A DNA stretch of 48,026 bases, counting the filler, from Catajapyx aquilonaris (Eukaryota), in NCBI GenBank assembly GCA_000934665.2. It is 2 parts of 2 records of this genome, joined end to end, with 100 filler letters (N's around TTAATTAATTAA, not from the genome) between each part and the next. Parts side by side here need not be neighbours in the genome. Positions count along the whole stretch, not along the records: positions 1 to 23,997 come from JYFJ02005595.1; 1 more part is not named here. The stretch is one strand, 5' to 3'. The position numbers were made by a program, and so were the translations under genes. Positions within the stretch are counted from its first letter, which is position 1, and each line of letters begins with the position of its first letter. This document shows, piece by piece, positions 1-12,079 of this stretch. The notes beneath the pieces are model-generated. The model had not been told where the DNA came from. It saw nothing but the letters and a program-made list of their open reading frames with translations, and did no database searches.

Positions 1-132
1 AGCGCACCCGTTCCTCGTCTATGAACCCCCTCTAGATGGCGTTTCCGGACACGGTTTCCTATGTCAAAAATGTTTGTCTTGGTCCCCTCTATCACCCGTA
101 GAAGTTTGTCGGTTGAATTCATTTACACCCTG
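1..132. mobile_element. Terminus of a Tc1/mariner-type DNA element (truncated by window edge)
   Basis: Ends ...TTTACACCCTG|TA, a typical Tc1/mariner terminus, directly abutting the next element through TATA. Confidence 0.45.
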
Positions 133-136
133 TATA

Positions 137-870
137 CAGGGCTATTCATAAGTCTTGACCCTATTTTAAAAATTCACCAAAAATACACTACACAACAGAT
201 AGTTGTAATTAATATACCAAAGGAGCGAGAAAGGATCCGAGTTTTTTTTACACACACTACAAATGTTCAATGTGTCCTCCTCTGGAGATGCGGCACACAT
301 CTAGCCGATACTCCATTTCGCCCCATACGCGAGCAAGCATGTCACATGCTTGGTCGCGTATGGGGCGAAATGGAGTAAATTTTTGTTAGGTCAATCATTG
401 AGAGTTTGTGACAGCCATGGTGATGCGGTGGCGAAGTTCCTGGACATTGGCTGTGAGTGGAGGCACAAAGACAGTGTCGTTCACAAATCCCAGTAAGAAA
501 AAGTAGCAAGTTAAATCGGGTGACCAGGGTGGCCACCGCATTAACACCTCATCATCCATCGGGACTTGTGCGTCCAATCCAACGTCGTGGTAGGTTTTGG
601 TTGAAGTACCATCGCACCTGGGTATGGAAATGAGGTGGAGCTCCATCTTGTTGAAAGCGGTAATCCTCCAGGTTCATTTATAATGTATAATTTATCATTT
701 TCTAACTAATGCCTCCTAGCGGCAGAGCAAGGCTACAACACGAGAGGGGTTTGCTGTAAAAAAAACTCGGATCCTTTCTCGCTCTTTTGGTATATTAATT
801 ACAACTATCTGTTGTGTAGTGTATTTTTGGTGAATTTTTAAAATAGGGTCAAGACTTATGAAAAGCCCTC
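137..870 (-). mobile_element. Internally deleted Tc1/mariner element with ~115-bp TIRs
   Basis: TA|CAGGGCTATTCATAAGTCTTGACC... (137-252) is inverted at ~755-870. The minus-strand ORF 395-646 contains WPPWSPDLTCYFFLLGFV, a decayed form of the transposase WPPRSPDLTPCDFFLWG motif. Confidence 0.85.
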
Positions 871-1315
871 AATCATTCTTTGAACAATGCCTAAAATGAT
901 CGCTAATTCAAAATAAACCTGCACTTCCTGTAAAAAAATGGCAAAAGTTCATGGTAATTATCATTTTAATGCATTTTATTCCTTGGGGTCCAAAAAGACC
1001 CCACGGCACGGTTCCAGGGTTAACATAAAATGTGTGGTCAGAAGTGAAGGGCTGCAAAGAGAGAAACATCCCAAGATTGCAGGCAAGATGGCTGTGCCCC
1101 TAGTTGAAGGTGTTGCAGTCCAAGCAGGACCCACCCGGGTGTCAGTCAGGTGTCTTGGGAAGGCAGGCGAGGATGACACATGGATGAGGGTGGATAGAGA
1201 GAACAGCATGGGTAGAAGCCTACTAAAGTAACATCTGTGATGAACAATCAGATATCGAGATTAACAATATTATTTCCACATGAATATTTCCTTGGCAATT
1301 TTATTGGTAAAGCTA

Positions 1316-1988
1316 CAGTACAACCCCTATTATCTGTCACCCGCGGGACTGGGGCATCATCAGATAACCGAAAAGGTCGGATAATCCGAGGAGTTAAAAA
1401 CACTTTAATAAAACACATCAAAAAATATGTAATAATGTACAATATTATGGTTTTCTAAGAAAGAGTAAAGTTTTTTTTTACACACACACTCTGCTGTACT
1501 CTGTTTACAATTTAACTAAGGCAAAACAAACAAATGCATAGAACATTATTGCAGTATTTCATGAGAAACCGGGTTGGCAATAATCAATGATTATTTTAAA
1601 ATAATCAAATAATCTGATTATTTTGATTATAATTGGATTATTTTGATTATAACTGGATTATTTTGATTATAATTGGATTATTTTGATAATAATGTTATTA
1701 TTTGTAGTACAGCACTTTATTTCATTTTCCTGATAAAAACCCCACCTCCTATTTGAAGAAAATCAAGAAATGTATGTCAATATTGTCAAACATGTTACAT
1801 TCCAAGGAAAGTGCATTATACAATATACAGTCAATCCTCGTTTAACACGGATTCCGCTTACTTGGGAGCGACTAGCCGACTACACTATTCAGTAGTGTAC
1901 CTGTGTACATACCTGTAAGTCTGTAACACTTACAGTATTATTGTACACTACTATATTATGCAGAAAGCAGTGCCTGATGTACTACCTC

Positions 1989-2029
<41 letters not shown>

Positions 2030-2175
2030 GTGATTATAATCAAGATTTTTCATTATTAAGCAGTTGATTATAATCATGATTATAATCATGCCAACCCTGA
2101 TGAGAAAACATACATTTATTGCCAGAGCAGGACGTTTGGATAATTCCGAGGTTGGATAATTGGGGTTCTATACTG
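1316..2175. mobile_element. Tigger/pogo-like MITE (hosts nested insertions)
   Basis: TA|CAGTACAACCCCTATTATC at the left and GATAATTGGGGTTCTATACTG|TA at the right; TA target duplication. Confidence 0.65.
1569..2099. mobile_element. hAT-like MITE nested in the Tigger-like MITE
   Basis: TIR CCGGGTTGGCA / TGCCAACCCTG; exact 8-bp TSD ATGAGAAA (1561-1568, 2100-2107); internal ~20-bp GATTAT-rich tandem repeats. Confidence 0.8.
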
Positions 2176-2187
2176 TAGTAAGATACC

Positions 2188-2417
2188 ACCGAAGCAGGTT
2201 GGCATAGTGGATAAGGCGTCCGACTGCTAATCGGGAGGTCCTAGGTTCGAATCCTGGGGCCGGCAACCTTGACCGTGGTTTTCTGTGGTTTTCCAGAGTC
2301 TTTCTAGGATAATTCCGGGGTCGCTTCCGTATAATAGGCCACAGCCGCTTCCTTCCTTCCCTATCCTTGGAGGTTGAATGGCAAATGCTGGGCCAACCTC
2401 CTTAAATATCAATTAAA
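2188..2417 (+). mobile_element. tRNA(Ser-GCT-like)-derived SINE, family A copy 1
   Basis: A-box TGGCATAGTGG, anticodon-like arm CGACTGCTAATCGG, B-box GGTTCGAATCC; 13-bp TSD GTAGTAAGATACC (2175-2187, 2418-2430). Confidence 0.85.
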
Positions 2418-2510
2418 GTAGTAAGATACCCATACCTTTTTTTGAAGGGAATTTTAACATGAACGGAGGAGTGTGCTATTAAAATTAAGTGATGTATATT
2501 GCCAAATACA

Positions 2511-2795
2511 ACCAAAGCAGGTTGGTGTAGTGGTTCAGGAGTCCGACTGCTAATGGGGAGGTCCTGGGTTCGATTCCCAGGGCCAGCGATCCTGAGGGTG
2601 GTTTTCCATGGTCCCCCCCCCCAGGATAATTCCGGGGTTGCTTCCGTACAATAGGCCACAGCCACTTCCTTCCTTCCATATCCTTGTGTGAGGAAGATTT
2701 CAGAAAGATTGAGTAGTAAAATGGTGGTATTCCACCACCCCTAATGGAGGGCCAATTCTCCTAATGGGGTAAAATAAATAAATAAATAAAACATC
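2511..2795 (+). mobile_element. tRNA-derived SINE, family A copy 2
   Basis: Same head and body as 2188-2417; (TAAA)n tail; TSD TTGCCAAATACA (2499-2510, 2796-2807). Confidence 0.85.
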
Positions 2796-3243
2796 TTGCC
2801 AAATACATTCTTACCTATTGTACTGCAGTTTCATTTTGACATCCTTATTACGTAAGCATCAGTGTCAGCTTATATTACAAGTTGAATCCTGCTTTTAACA
2901 CTTTTAACATCAGTCAATGAGTTACAAACGAGTTGTGATGCTGGAATTAATAATTATTTTTTCAGATGTGTTGAGTTTAAGTTGCTCTGTGAACAGCTGA
3001 GACTTAAAATATTCAATAATTACATCTGGAGTTGGTCTGTGAAGATAGTGAGATGTGATGATGCTGTCATGCCTGTAGGCCACAGGTGCAGGTGCAACTG
3101 TGTTGCCTTCACCTGCTAACTTGATGGACCAACTCGAAGAAAAATTTTACATTACGAATGCAGAAAACAAAGTTATTTCTAAGGAGAGCAATGCATGATT
3201 TGACTGAAAGTTGTATTCAATTTCTTTTATAGGTCTGTAAAAG

Positions 3244-3872
3244 ATGGACTCAGATCGGCCGGTGTACCAAGCAACGACAGTGACGTATGAACAGCAGCAG
3301 AACTGGCCCCTCCGCTATCCCCTGCAGCATTTGGGTATCTCATTCAGCCAAGCTCGCTGTATACAATGGCTGCTTGTGTTGGGTGGAAGTTTCACTCTAG
3401 CAGCTGGACTGGTCATGGTTGTTGTGGGCTCTCTTGTCACCAACTATAATACAAGTGCAACTGAAGAATCCAGAGGAGGCCTGGTGGTAGCCATTGTTGG
3501 AGCGCTCATGGCCATTCTGGGAGTGATCATGCTCGTGGCCTATTTTAAGATACTTCGGAGAAGGAGTGTATGTCCCTGTTGTCCAGCCAAAGAAATTCGG
3601 TTGGTCAGGCAAATGAAGGAAGGGCATTCAGCAGCAAATGGCCAGGTTGGTAGTATTGTGCGAAATAATGATAAGACTAGCTCTCAGGATGCCAAAGGCT
3701 GGCATTGCCATGTTATGGTGAAATAATTTTTTAAAAGTGTCAGTTGGTAGGGGTAGTATCATTGTGTTTGGATGTCTGGGAAGCGATTGCCACGTAATAC
3801 CTTAAGGCTAGTATTCACTATCAATTCTCAGGTGTTTCAATCAATTCAAGGCCTTGAATCAACCCCAAAATT

Positions 3873-3914
<42 letters not shown>

Positions 3915-5550
3915 TGGTTGGCTAATGCTTTCACCCATCAGGGTTTATCGCATGGACCTTTATTATTAGCTGTTGGTGTATACATAGTACATGGTACCTA
4001 TTTAGAGTATCGCCCGGGCCCACGGGCAGGATGACAGGAGGGGATGCAAGGTGCAGTGCATCTGACGCTGTGGTCATTTTGTGAACTCCCCCGGGTGGTT
4101 TGTCTTAACGGAAATACCACCCGAGATGAAACCAGAGATGACCCTGAACTCTGCACGTGATGAAGGGAGTGTCCCCGGGCGGGGATCGAACCCGGGACCT
4201 TAACATCTGTGGGTGCATGCGTTATCGCAGCACCACTCCGTCTCCCACCCCAAAATTGCTCTCTGTGCAGACTTTAGTAGAGTAGGGTGCTGATGTAATC
4301 TCCCCCCTTCTCTCCACTAGGGTCTGTAATTGCCTGAGTTGGAGTTACACTTACATTGTGCATTTTTATCAGAAAACACTATAAAACTGTGAAGCAGTAA
4401 TTGAATGGCAAGGCTGACTAATTCCTTCTTTGACAGGGAGCACCGACATGTACTAATAATCCAGATGGTCCTGTTGCTGCACAGTATGCACCAGTGACAG
4501 AAATTTCCTATCAACCCCCAGCAGGAGAAGGGGAGGAGCATGCCAAATTGATGGGAAATGAGAGTAAGGATTGGTGAGTCTATAAGAATTATGTAGGCTT
4601 TAGAAGTGTGAATGTGCCTTCTACTAAATATTCTAACTTGACCTGTTGTGAAACGAGCCATACATTTCTCCATTTTCTCATTCATAGGGTGCAAGCAAAA
4701 GAGAACAGTTTTTTTGTCCATTACTAGATCAAACACAATTTATCAAATTACATTTTTGGTTTTTCCTACATTTACGTAATCTTACAAGCACAAGGGATAT
4801 GGCAAATTACGCCCAGATGTCTCTGTGCCTGATAGGGTCATTCAAAATTGCAAAAGGAGACGGCGAGGTGATATCAAATAATTTCTCTGCAATCAGGAAG
4901 TGAGCATTGCTGAGATTGTGTTATGTTAGATCTAATTGTCACTTTGCAAGGTATTCTTTGCTTCTTTCTTCATGATTGTCCAAGTTAGTAATGTGGTTAT
5001 CGCGGTGGTTATGGCAGGCCAATTAAGGAAATCGTACTTATGCTCTACTATCAGTAGTGGTTAATGGTTGCATTGAATGTCATGGGGAATCAGGATTAGA
5101 TATATTTGAACACAGGCATATTTGGAAATTTTGTGCATTACTAGTGTTCAGCCAGGAATGCAGCAATTTCCCCAACTATTTTTGTAATATTGTGGGGGTA
5201 CCACTACCAGTGTTCTACTCCAGCTCCTTATCTTGGAAACAACTAGCAACTGATCTGCAGTTATGTTATGATGGAAGGGAAAAAACTGGATTGTCTGGAG
5301 ATTTGTATGGCTTATTTGGATTGACAGCATGTGATACTTGTTGTGTAGAATCAATCTTAGTCCAATTTGATAACTGATTTACTAACTTGTATTTTGTTGC
5401 CACATGTGTGCAAAGAATATATCCTGGTTTCCATCAGTCAGGCCCAGTGTAACAGATGCATGTCTTTTCAGCCATGATGACACTGAGAGAATGCTAGATG
5501 ATGACCCTCGTATTGTCTTGCGACCCTTGCGACAAGTGGACGAATATTAA
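3244..5550 (+). CDS. Uncharacterised two-transmembrane protein, ~205 aa, 3 coding exons
   Basis: join(3244..3645,4437..4573,5472..5550). Canonical GT-AG sites with matching phases (0, then 2). Two hydrophobic helices (WLLVLGG...VVVGSLV; LVVAIVGA...MLVAYF) are followed by a basic/CPCC patch; the tail ends ...DDPRIVLRPLRQVDEY*. A splice acceptor sits 11 nt upstream of the ATG. Confidence 0.8.
3873..4246 (-). mobile_element. tRNA-derived SINE, family B, (TTA)n tail, intronic
   Basis: B-box GGTTCGATCCC on the minus strand; TSD ACCCCAAAATT (3862-3872, 4247-4257); homologous to 32358-33163. Confidence 0.8.
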
Positions 5551-6172
5551 AGGGTAGGCCCTAACACCAGTCTTCTTATAATCATCAACAATAGTGCAAG
5601 CACTGCATGTTGCAGCTTTTTATACTAATCCAGCTTGATGTGCTTTGTACACACATGATCACATGATAATGGTCATCATAGCTACTCGCAAGTCAAAGGA
5701 TGATGCCAATCCAACCGATAAATAAATGCCACAGGTGCAGGCATTTTTCCAAGATGCCTTTATGAACTTTCATTGGAACATCCTGAGCGAGCCACTGTTC
5801 ATATACTAGGACTTGTACAATTTACAAAATCCCCAGGGTGATATTAATTGTGGAATTGAATGTATACAAGGTGAGTCAAGAGTAGATCAGAAACTGTTCC
5901 GAGGTATCTTTTACTGATACAATGAGCAATTTGCGAGAAGTTGTAGTCCCAGAGAGAGATACTTGGAAATTCTTTCCACCTGACAAATGTTCAGTTTAAT
6001 GATCTGGCAGTTACACGCAGGGCTTCAGGTGTTTTACCACTTTTGATAGAGGAAGTGGGAGAAGGCCATCCAAAAAATTCATTGCCTGTGAGGACATTGA
6101 CACTGGACCTCACATGGGCAGGTGCAGTGGTGATGTTTGGTCTTTTGGCGTGTTTCCCAAGAGGCTACTTGG

Positions 6173-7063
6173 CAGGGTTGGAAAAAACCCGTTTTTTTTT
6201 TTTTTTAAAAAAAAAACACACCAGTTTTATTGGGTTTTGGGGGTTTTTCAGGCAATTTTATGTTTCATTTTATCACTGCGTAATGTCCACTTGAAATCTT
6301 GAATGCTATTAAATGATGTGCCACTCAGAAGAACCAATGGCTGTGCAAGATGCAAGAGAATTCCCCACTGATGCAGTTCGAATTTTCACATTCACAAGTT
6401 TAATGCATGATTTTAAAGGGACACTCCACTCAAAATACAAGTTGGGTTCTAAAAATCGGGCAAAAAATCCTGATTCCGAGGGTATAAGCAGTTTTTCTTA
6501 GAGACGAACGGTAAGGCCAGTGTGAAAGCTGGAAGTGTGTCGTTCGAAAACTGCGCGCGGGGCGGTGGGTGCAGGTGGCGATGCCACCAGAGTGGAACCG
6601 GCGGAACTAGACCAGGGACGCCTGGCGCGGCAGGTGTTTACTGTCCGCGCTATACTTCTCCGGTTTGCGGCGGGATGGTGCTGTATCGCCCTTCTTAGCA
6701 GACAACGTGTGTAGATATATGATTTTCCGTGTTACTGTTGGGCGTAGAAAAATACCGATTGCACATTCGGAATCAGGAATTTTTTTCCCGATTTTTGGGG
6801 GCCAACTTGTATTTTGAGTGGAGTGTCCTTTTAACTGAGAATTTCCTGACGCAATCATCATCCATCATCATATGAGTTATGTTTACGTATCAGTTACTTA
6901 ATGGAACAGTTCAACAGACTCAACAGTATGAATACTTTAAAAATTTTCAAAATTAGGATGAAAAACTGAAAAACCCAAGGTGGATTTTTACTTTTTAGTG
7001 GGTTTTATATAAGGTGGGTTTTTAGTGGGTTTTTTAAAGGTGGGCCCACCTGTAACAACCCTG
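6173..7063. mobile_element. hAT-like MITE
   Basis: CAGGGTTG...CAACCCTG termini; 8-bp TSD CTACTTGG/CTACTAGG (7/8); GGGTTTT subterminal repeats. Confidence 0.7.
6417..6830. mobile_element. Kolobok-like non-autonomous DNA transposon nested in the hAT MITE
   Basis: TTAA|AGGGACACTCCACTCAAAATACAAGTTGG...TTTTGAGTGGAGTGTCCTT|TTAA. TTAA TSD with RR termini; second copy at 32488-32979. Confidence 0.75.
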
Positions 7064-7416
7064 CTACTAGGTACTGCCTGACACAATTTTAGTGCATAGT
7101 GGAAGGAATGCAAAACTTCATGGGGAGGGGGAGAGAGATAAGTGGACCTCAGGCAATTAAATTTCCAACTGGGGAGGAGGAAGGGCATGTGGTTGGTAAG
7201 TTTGGCAGCACTGAGCAGTAAAGAGGGTGACAGGTATGTTGCACAATGTAACAATGGTGTGGGGCATGCTTCCTGAATGCCTGAGCTCCTCATACCAATA
7301 TGCACTAAAAGTATGTCAAGCAGTACTTGAGTTGGAATTCCATGCTAAAGCCAACAACATGTATCATACCTGGGATTAGAAAGGAAAAATCCAAAAGTAC
7401 AGAAACCAATTAACTA

Positions 7417-7575
7417 CAGTTAAACCTCTATATAACGCTTTCCCGCTTTTAACACCCATACTTTCCATTCCTTTGATCATTTCCATAAGGTAAATTTTCC
7501 CACATATAACGCTATGCTGCTTATAACACTACTTTTGGGCGGTCCCTTGCAGAGCGTTATATCGAGGTTTTACTG
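7417..7575. mobile_element. Tigger/pogo-like MITE
   Basis: TA|CAGTTAAACCTCTATATAACGC ... GCGTTATATCGAGGTTTTACTG|TA. Confidence 0.8.
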
Positions 7576-8006
7576 TACTGCCTGTAGATGTGCACTTTCC
7601 TGCTGCACCATTCAACGTTACCTCCCAGGATATAAGTGATATTTGCTGATGTCACCTTGAATACACAACATTTCCAACTTGTCTGCCAGAATTTCATGTT
7701 TTCATTGCACATCAACATTTTAAATGATTCACTCAGATATGGGTTATCCAAAGGTACTTTCTAGACAGAGCCAACACCAAGAGAGTTCAGTTCTGATAAT
7801 CCTCCATATAAAGTTGAGAGGGAAAATGCTACTGTATGTACTCCTTTTGAGTATTGATATAGCTGAATATGGTTTATTAATGGATATAACTGTATAACAT
7901 GTGGACATCTTACATTTGAATCTTGACTCGCCTTCTATACTTCTAGATATATTGTTGTTTGTTGCATCCTTGAGATACTCATAATAACATCTCCGATTCC
8001 TTTTAG

Positions 8007-8190
8007 GATGGTCACAAAATGTGAGGTCACTGCACAAAAGCTGGATGCCTCCGCACCTTTAGCCCAACCTGAAGAAGTCACTCCTTCTCTTCGTTCATCA
8101 TTTTCTAGCATATTCTTTGACGTTCCTTCCACGGACAGTTCACATAATGAGGACTCGTGGGGATCAGTGGCCACCATGTGTCAAGAGTGA
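8007..8190 (+). CDS. Putative alternative last coding exon of the two-TM gene
   Basis: Pyrimidine-rich acceptor TTCCTTTTAG|G at 8006/8007 is phase-compatible with exon 2 (TG|G = Trp); 60-codon open frame MVTKCEV...ATMCQE*. Confidence 0.4.
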
Positions 8191-9117
8191 GCCCAAGGTA
8201 TAAGTTATTGTGAGAGTGATAACACAACACAGCTGTTTGAGATTAGTCTTTGGATCTGTAAGTTTTTAAGATTGTGTCAGTGCATCCTTGTGCACTCATA
8301 CAACAGCAAATTATCAAGACTTTTTGCAAATGCTGTGCTCCACTGATAAATGCTCAAGTCTCTGCATAAGGGCATTGTGAATCTAAAGAAACTAATATTG
8401 TAGTCACATGCTTTGTCCTGAGAGCTTGTTGCATGGTATAATAATTATTACATATATTGACTGTGAACCTCATGCAAGTATTTTAGTCCTATGAATAATT
8501 GTAAATACAGTAATGTACTTCATCTTTAGACAAATGTGTGATAGAATTGAAATGATGAAGTGCCACAGGTAGAAGCAATGCTAAGTAGAAATACTGTGCA
8601 GGGACTGTATCCTCTTTTTTTAATGTACAAGCAGTTCCATTTCATAAGCAGATCATAAGGAAATCTCAGATGAGGGTCATGTCAATTAATTTACCATGCA
8701 TGATTCTTCCTTGTCATATAACAGAGAAAAGATCTTGCTGAATTTATTTTTTTTGACCAAGGAATTGAGCCACACTGCACAGCAATATGCAAGTTACAGA
8801 CCTGTCATGCTAGTGCTGTCGTGGGTGAAATGAGAGGGTATATTTTGTGCCCAAGGAATGATCAGGTATGGGAGAACTTTGGTTTTTCTGGGGCCTGGAA
8901 ATTGTGATTTATTATCAACATACTTAATGCAAGTTCATGTGTCCATGACATTCTTTGTATGTTTTTTACTGATATGAGTGAGTATGTTACATTAGTTTGA
9001 CTGAATTGGTGATTTCTCTCTTCCTTTTGGAAGTGGGGACCTTCTGGGGTGTCGAAAGAACGATTCGAGGGACCAGGTCATTCAGGGGAAGGAGTTACAG
9101 AGTACAGGAAGAATCAG

Positions 9118-9625
9118 TTTAGACTTTTTCGAGAGAGAAAGTATTATAGAACGGCTCTCTCTGTCTGTCTGTCTGTCTGTGGACAGGTATCAGACAGACA
9201 GCCATGCTATAAGACTTTCTTTTTCGATTTTCGGGTTCCGGGTTCACTCTATCCACCCCTTCCCCCACCATCCCTTTCCCCCACCACCCCCTACCCCTGA
9301 CCGCCCATTCTCCCCAGACCATCCCTTTCCCAGACCTCCTCCTACCCCATGATACCTGATACTTGTAAACAGATGGACGGACGGACGGACGGACAGGGCC
9401 GCGCTATAAGACTTTTTCCAATGGATGAAAAAAGGTCGAAAAAATGGGTTTGCTAGGATAGATTTTTTAAAGGGGAAAGGGGCGGTCTGGGGGTAAGAGG
9501 AGGGAGGGGGAAAAGGGTAAGTCCACTTTTGGCATAAAATGAGTTATGGGGGGTTTCAGTTTTAGCCCCAGTACCGTGACGGACGTTGGGGACAACAGCA
9601 GTAAACATGAAAAAGTCTACTCTAA
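9118..9625. mobile_element. DINE-1/Helentron-like non-autonomous element
   Basis: TAGACTTTTTC...AGAACGGCTCT followed by a (CTGT)n microsatellite and GGACAGGTAT, an inverted (GGAC)n block, and GAAAAAGTCTA near 9610. The head is shared with ~16234-16312. Confidence 0.5.
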
Positions 9626-9795
9626 TCACGCTCATGCGATTTGTCAATCTTGTTTAGATTGATTGCTAGGCCGGTTGAGTCACATATAATTCCTCCCCCT
9701 GCCCCAGTGGCGGAAGTAATAATAATTAATGCTATTAATAATAATTTGCTTATGAGGTATAGCATGGACCTTGATTGAAATGCATAAATTCAGTA

Positions 9796-9910
9796 CAGTG
9801 CTGGACATATTAGCAGTCCCTAAGTGTTTACTTAGTTGCCAGGTAACGCCAGCGCCGCCAAGTCTGAAAAATAAACATTTAGGGACTGCTAATATTTATG
9901 TCCAGCACTG
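9796..9910. mobile_element. Tc1/mariner-like MITE
   Basis: TA|CAGTGCTGGACATATTAGCAGTCCCTAA ... TTAGGGACTGCTAATATTTATGTCCAGCACTG|TA. Confidence 0.8.
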
Positions 9911-9924
9911 TACATCCAGAGGAG

Positions 9925-10185
9925 CTTGTTATGCTGCAATGGCCTGCAATGGGGGATGGGGGAGGTTCACAAGGGAGGGCACTGTTATAGTTTCTAGTCG
10001 TTTTGGACAGTCCTTATGCCAGACCTTTTCTTCTGGCCCTGGGCAGAGAAGGGAGTGCAAGGCTGCCCAGACAGGTCGGGTGAAAAGCAGAAAAAGACCA
10101 GACCAAGCAAAGGTGATGAGATTTGAGCCCTGGACCTCCCACTTGGTTGGCCAGTAGCATAGCCACTGGACCAGTGGCCCTCCAC
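9925..10185 (-). mobile_element. tRNA-derived SINE, family C (decayed)
   Basis: Colinear similarity to 36726-37143 (CCAGACCTTTT..CTGGCCCTGGGCAGAG..GGGAGTGCAA; tRNA-like head at 10120-10185). Confidence 0.65.
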
Positions 10186-10786
10186 CCCTCCAGTGCTGGA
10201 AGTAATCCAGTTACATATTGAAAGGGCTACAGGCAGTCCTAGAAAGCCCAGTTAATGTCAACCACCCCAGTCCCCACCACTACACCTGTCTCATCCTTTC
10301 CCCTAGGTCCACTTGCCCTGGTACTGTATCCTTCCAGCCGATACTGTACTCCTCTGTCTGGGGCAACCAGGTTCCCTGCTCTTACCCAGGACAATAAACG
10401 AGTGGCTAAGGAGGCAGCAGTAAACTGGGTGACAGGAGGGGGAAGGCAAAAGGCAAATAAGGCAGTCTGGCACCTCGACAAAACATGCTTTCCCAGCACT
10501 GAAGTTGGACTAGACTAAGCCACTCATGACACTTATTCTAAGGAGAATTTATATCTTCAAAAGTTATCAAATATTTCCTTCCACATGTGATTGGTAGCAA
10601 AGTGGCTATGAACTGGCTGATGCATTGCTTTCCTGCTATGATTGGCCATTGCCATAGTCTTCTTACTACTCCTACTCCCTCCACCTACCATCCTTCCTCC
10701 ATTGACCCATTTTCTCCCCCCTCAGCCCCCACTCTGTGCTACTGGAAATATTGGAAATATACTGGTAGGAAGGACATTGTGCTGTA

Positions 10787-11685
10787 CCCAAGGTGCGATC
10801 GAAAAGTTCTCGGACTGTGTTCATTAAAACATTAATATTTACTTTAAGTCCTAATTTCCACTGCCACCTTCAAAGTAGTCACCTTGGGCACATATACAAC
10901 GATCCCAGCGAATTTCCCATTTTTGGAAGTGCCCCAAAAAATTGGTGAACTGTAGTGTGTTCAGCATCTGCTGCGATTTTAGTGGAGTCAAAATGCCTCC
11001 TTTTCTACCCAAATTTCATTTTAGGGAAGAGATTGTAGAAATCACATGGTGCCAGGTGAAACAAATAGGCAGGGTGGGGAACAGTGGTCATGTTGTTTAT
11101 TGTCAGGAAGTCCCTGACTACGCTTGAGGTGTGTGCAGGCGGCATTGTCATGGTGCAGCAACCAGTCTCTGTTCTTCCACATCTCCGGCCATTTGAGCCT
11201 AAATCGTCTCAAACCATCGCAGTAAGACTTGCCGTTGACAGTTTTACCAGGAGGGAGAAACTCCATATGCACAATTCCTAAAATGTCAAAGAAAATGATC
11301 AGCATTGAGTTGATTTTGCAGCAAACTTGGCGCGCCACCTTTGAAGCTGTTAAACCACTCATATGTTATTGCTAGTCTTACAGCTTGCTCATCAAAAGAC
11401 TTGTTCAGTATTCGGTGGGTTGCAGCCGTAGTTTTGTTGAGCTGGAAGCAAAATTTAATACAAATCCTTTTCTCCCTGACATCAGCCATTTCGAAAAATC
11501 ACAGAAGCACAAGAACACGGTGTCAAGATAACTGCCGAAACTCGGAAACATGTGCACCTGTGAAGACGATATTTTTCAGACTAATAGCTGAAAGGTGCTC
11601 CTAGCGCCCCCTAGCCTCACAAGTTCATGCCTCCACTGGTTTGCATGGTATATCGAAAGTCTGGGAACTTTTCGATCACACTTCG
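10787..11685 (-). mobile_element. Degenerate mariner element (transposase pseudogene)
   Basis: ~28-bp TIRs (AAGGTGCGATCGAAAAGTTCTCGGACT / AGTCTGGGAACTTTTCGATCACACTT) with TA flanks. ORF pieces REKRICIKFCFQLNKT...YEWF (HTH) and MLIIFFDILGIVHMEFLPPGKTVN...WLLHHDNA (DDD core); frameshifted and deleted. Confidence 0.9.
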
Positions 11686-11756
11686 TATGTGTATGGGATT
11701 AATTGAGTGGTAAGAAGCCCAAGAAACTAAAGCTATCTGGCTAGGATAGAGCTATA

Positions 11757-12030
11757 CGAGGGTCAGTCAATGTATTCTAGGCCTGACGTAGAGGAGTTAA
11801 AATACAAAGACGGTGCCACGAAATTGTAGTGGCACTCTTTAGACCATTATCTGCAAAGTTTCATTGCAATTGCTTTATTCCACTAGGAGTATTGGACACT
11901 TGAGATGGTGAAAGTGTGGGCTCTTCTTATGATGGAGAATACTCACACCTCACGATTCGCACTGCCACTGTCACTGGCAAAACGAGTCCCACTCAGGATC
12001 TTTCATCTTTGGGAACAGGGGGTAGTCCAT
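11757..12030 (-). mobile_element. Mariner 3'-end fragment
   Basis: TA|CGAGGGTCAGTCAA TIR; the minus strand encodes DYPLFPKMKD..LSGTRFASD, resembling a mariner transposase C-terminus. Confidence 0.6.
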
Positions 12031-12079
12031 GGTAGTCTGAGGAAGCCAAATCCCTGAGACAGTTCGAAGTCACAATTGT

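Noticed and set aside
2190..2270. tRNA-Ser(GCT) gene (also ~2515, ~14730, ~16975, ~31780)
   Set aside because: No long variable arm or proper acceptor stem; each continues into a shared body and tail and is bounded by TSDs, so these are SINE heads.
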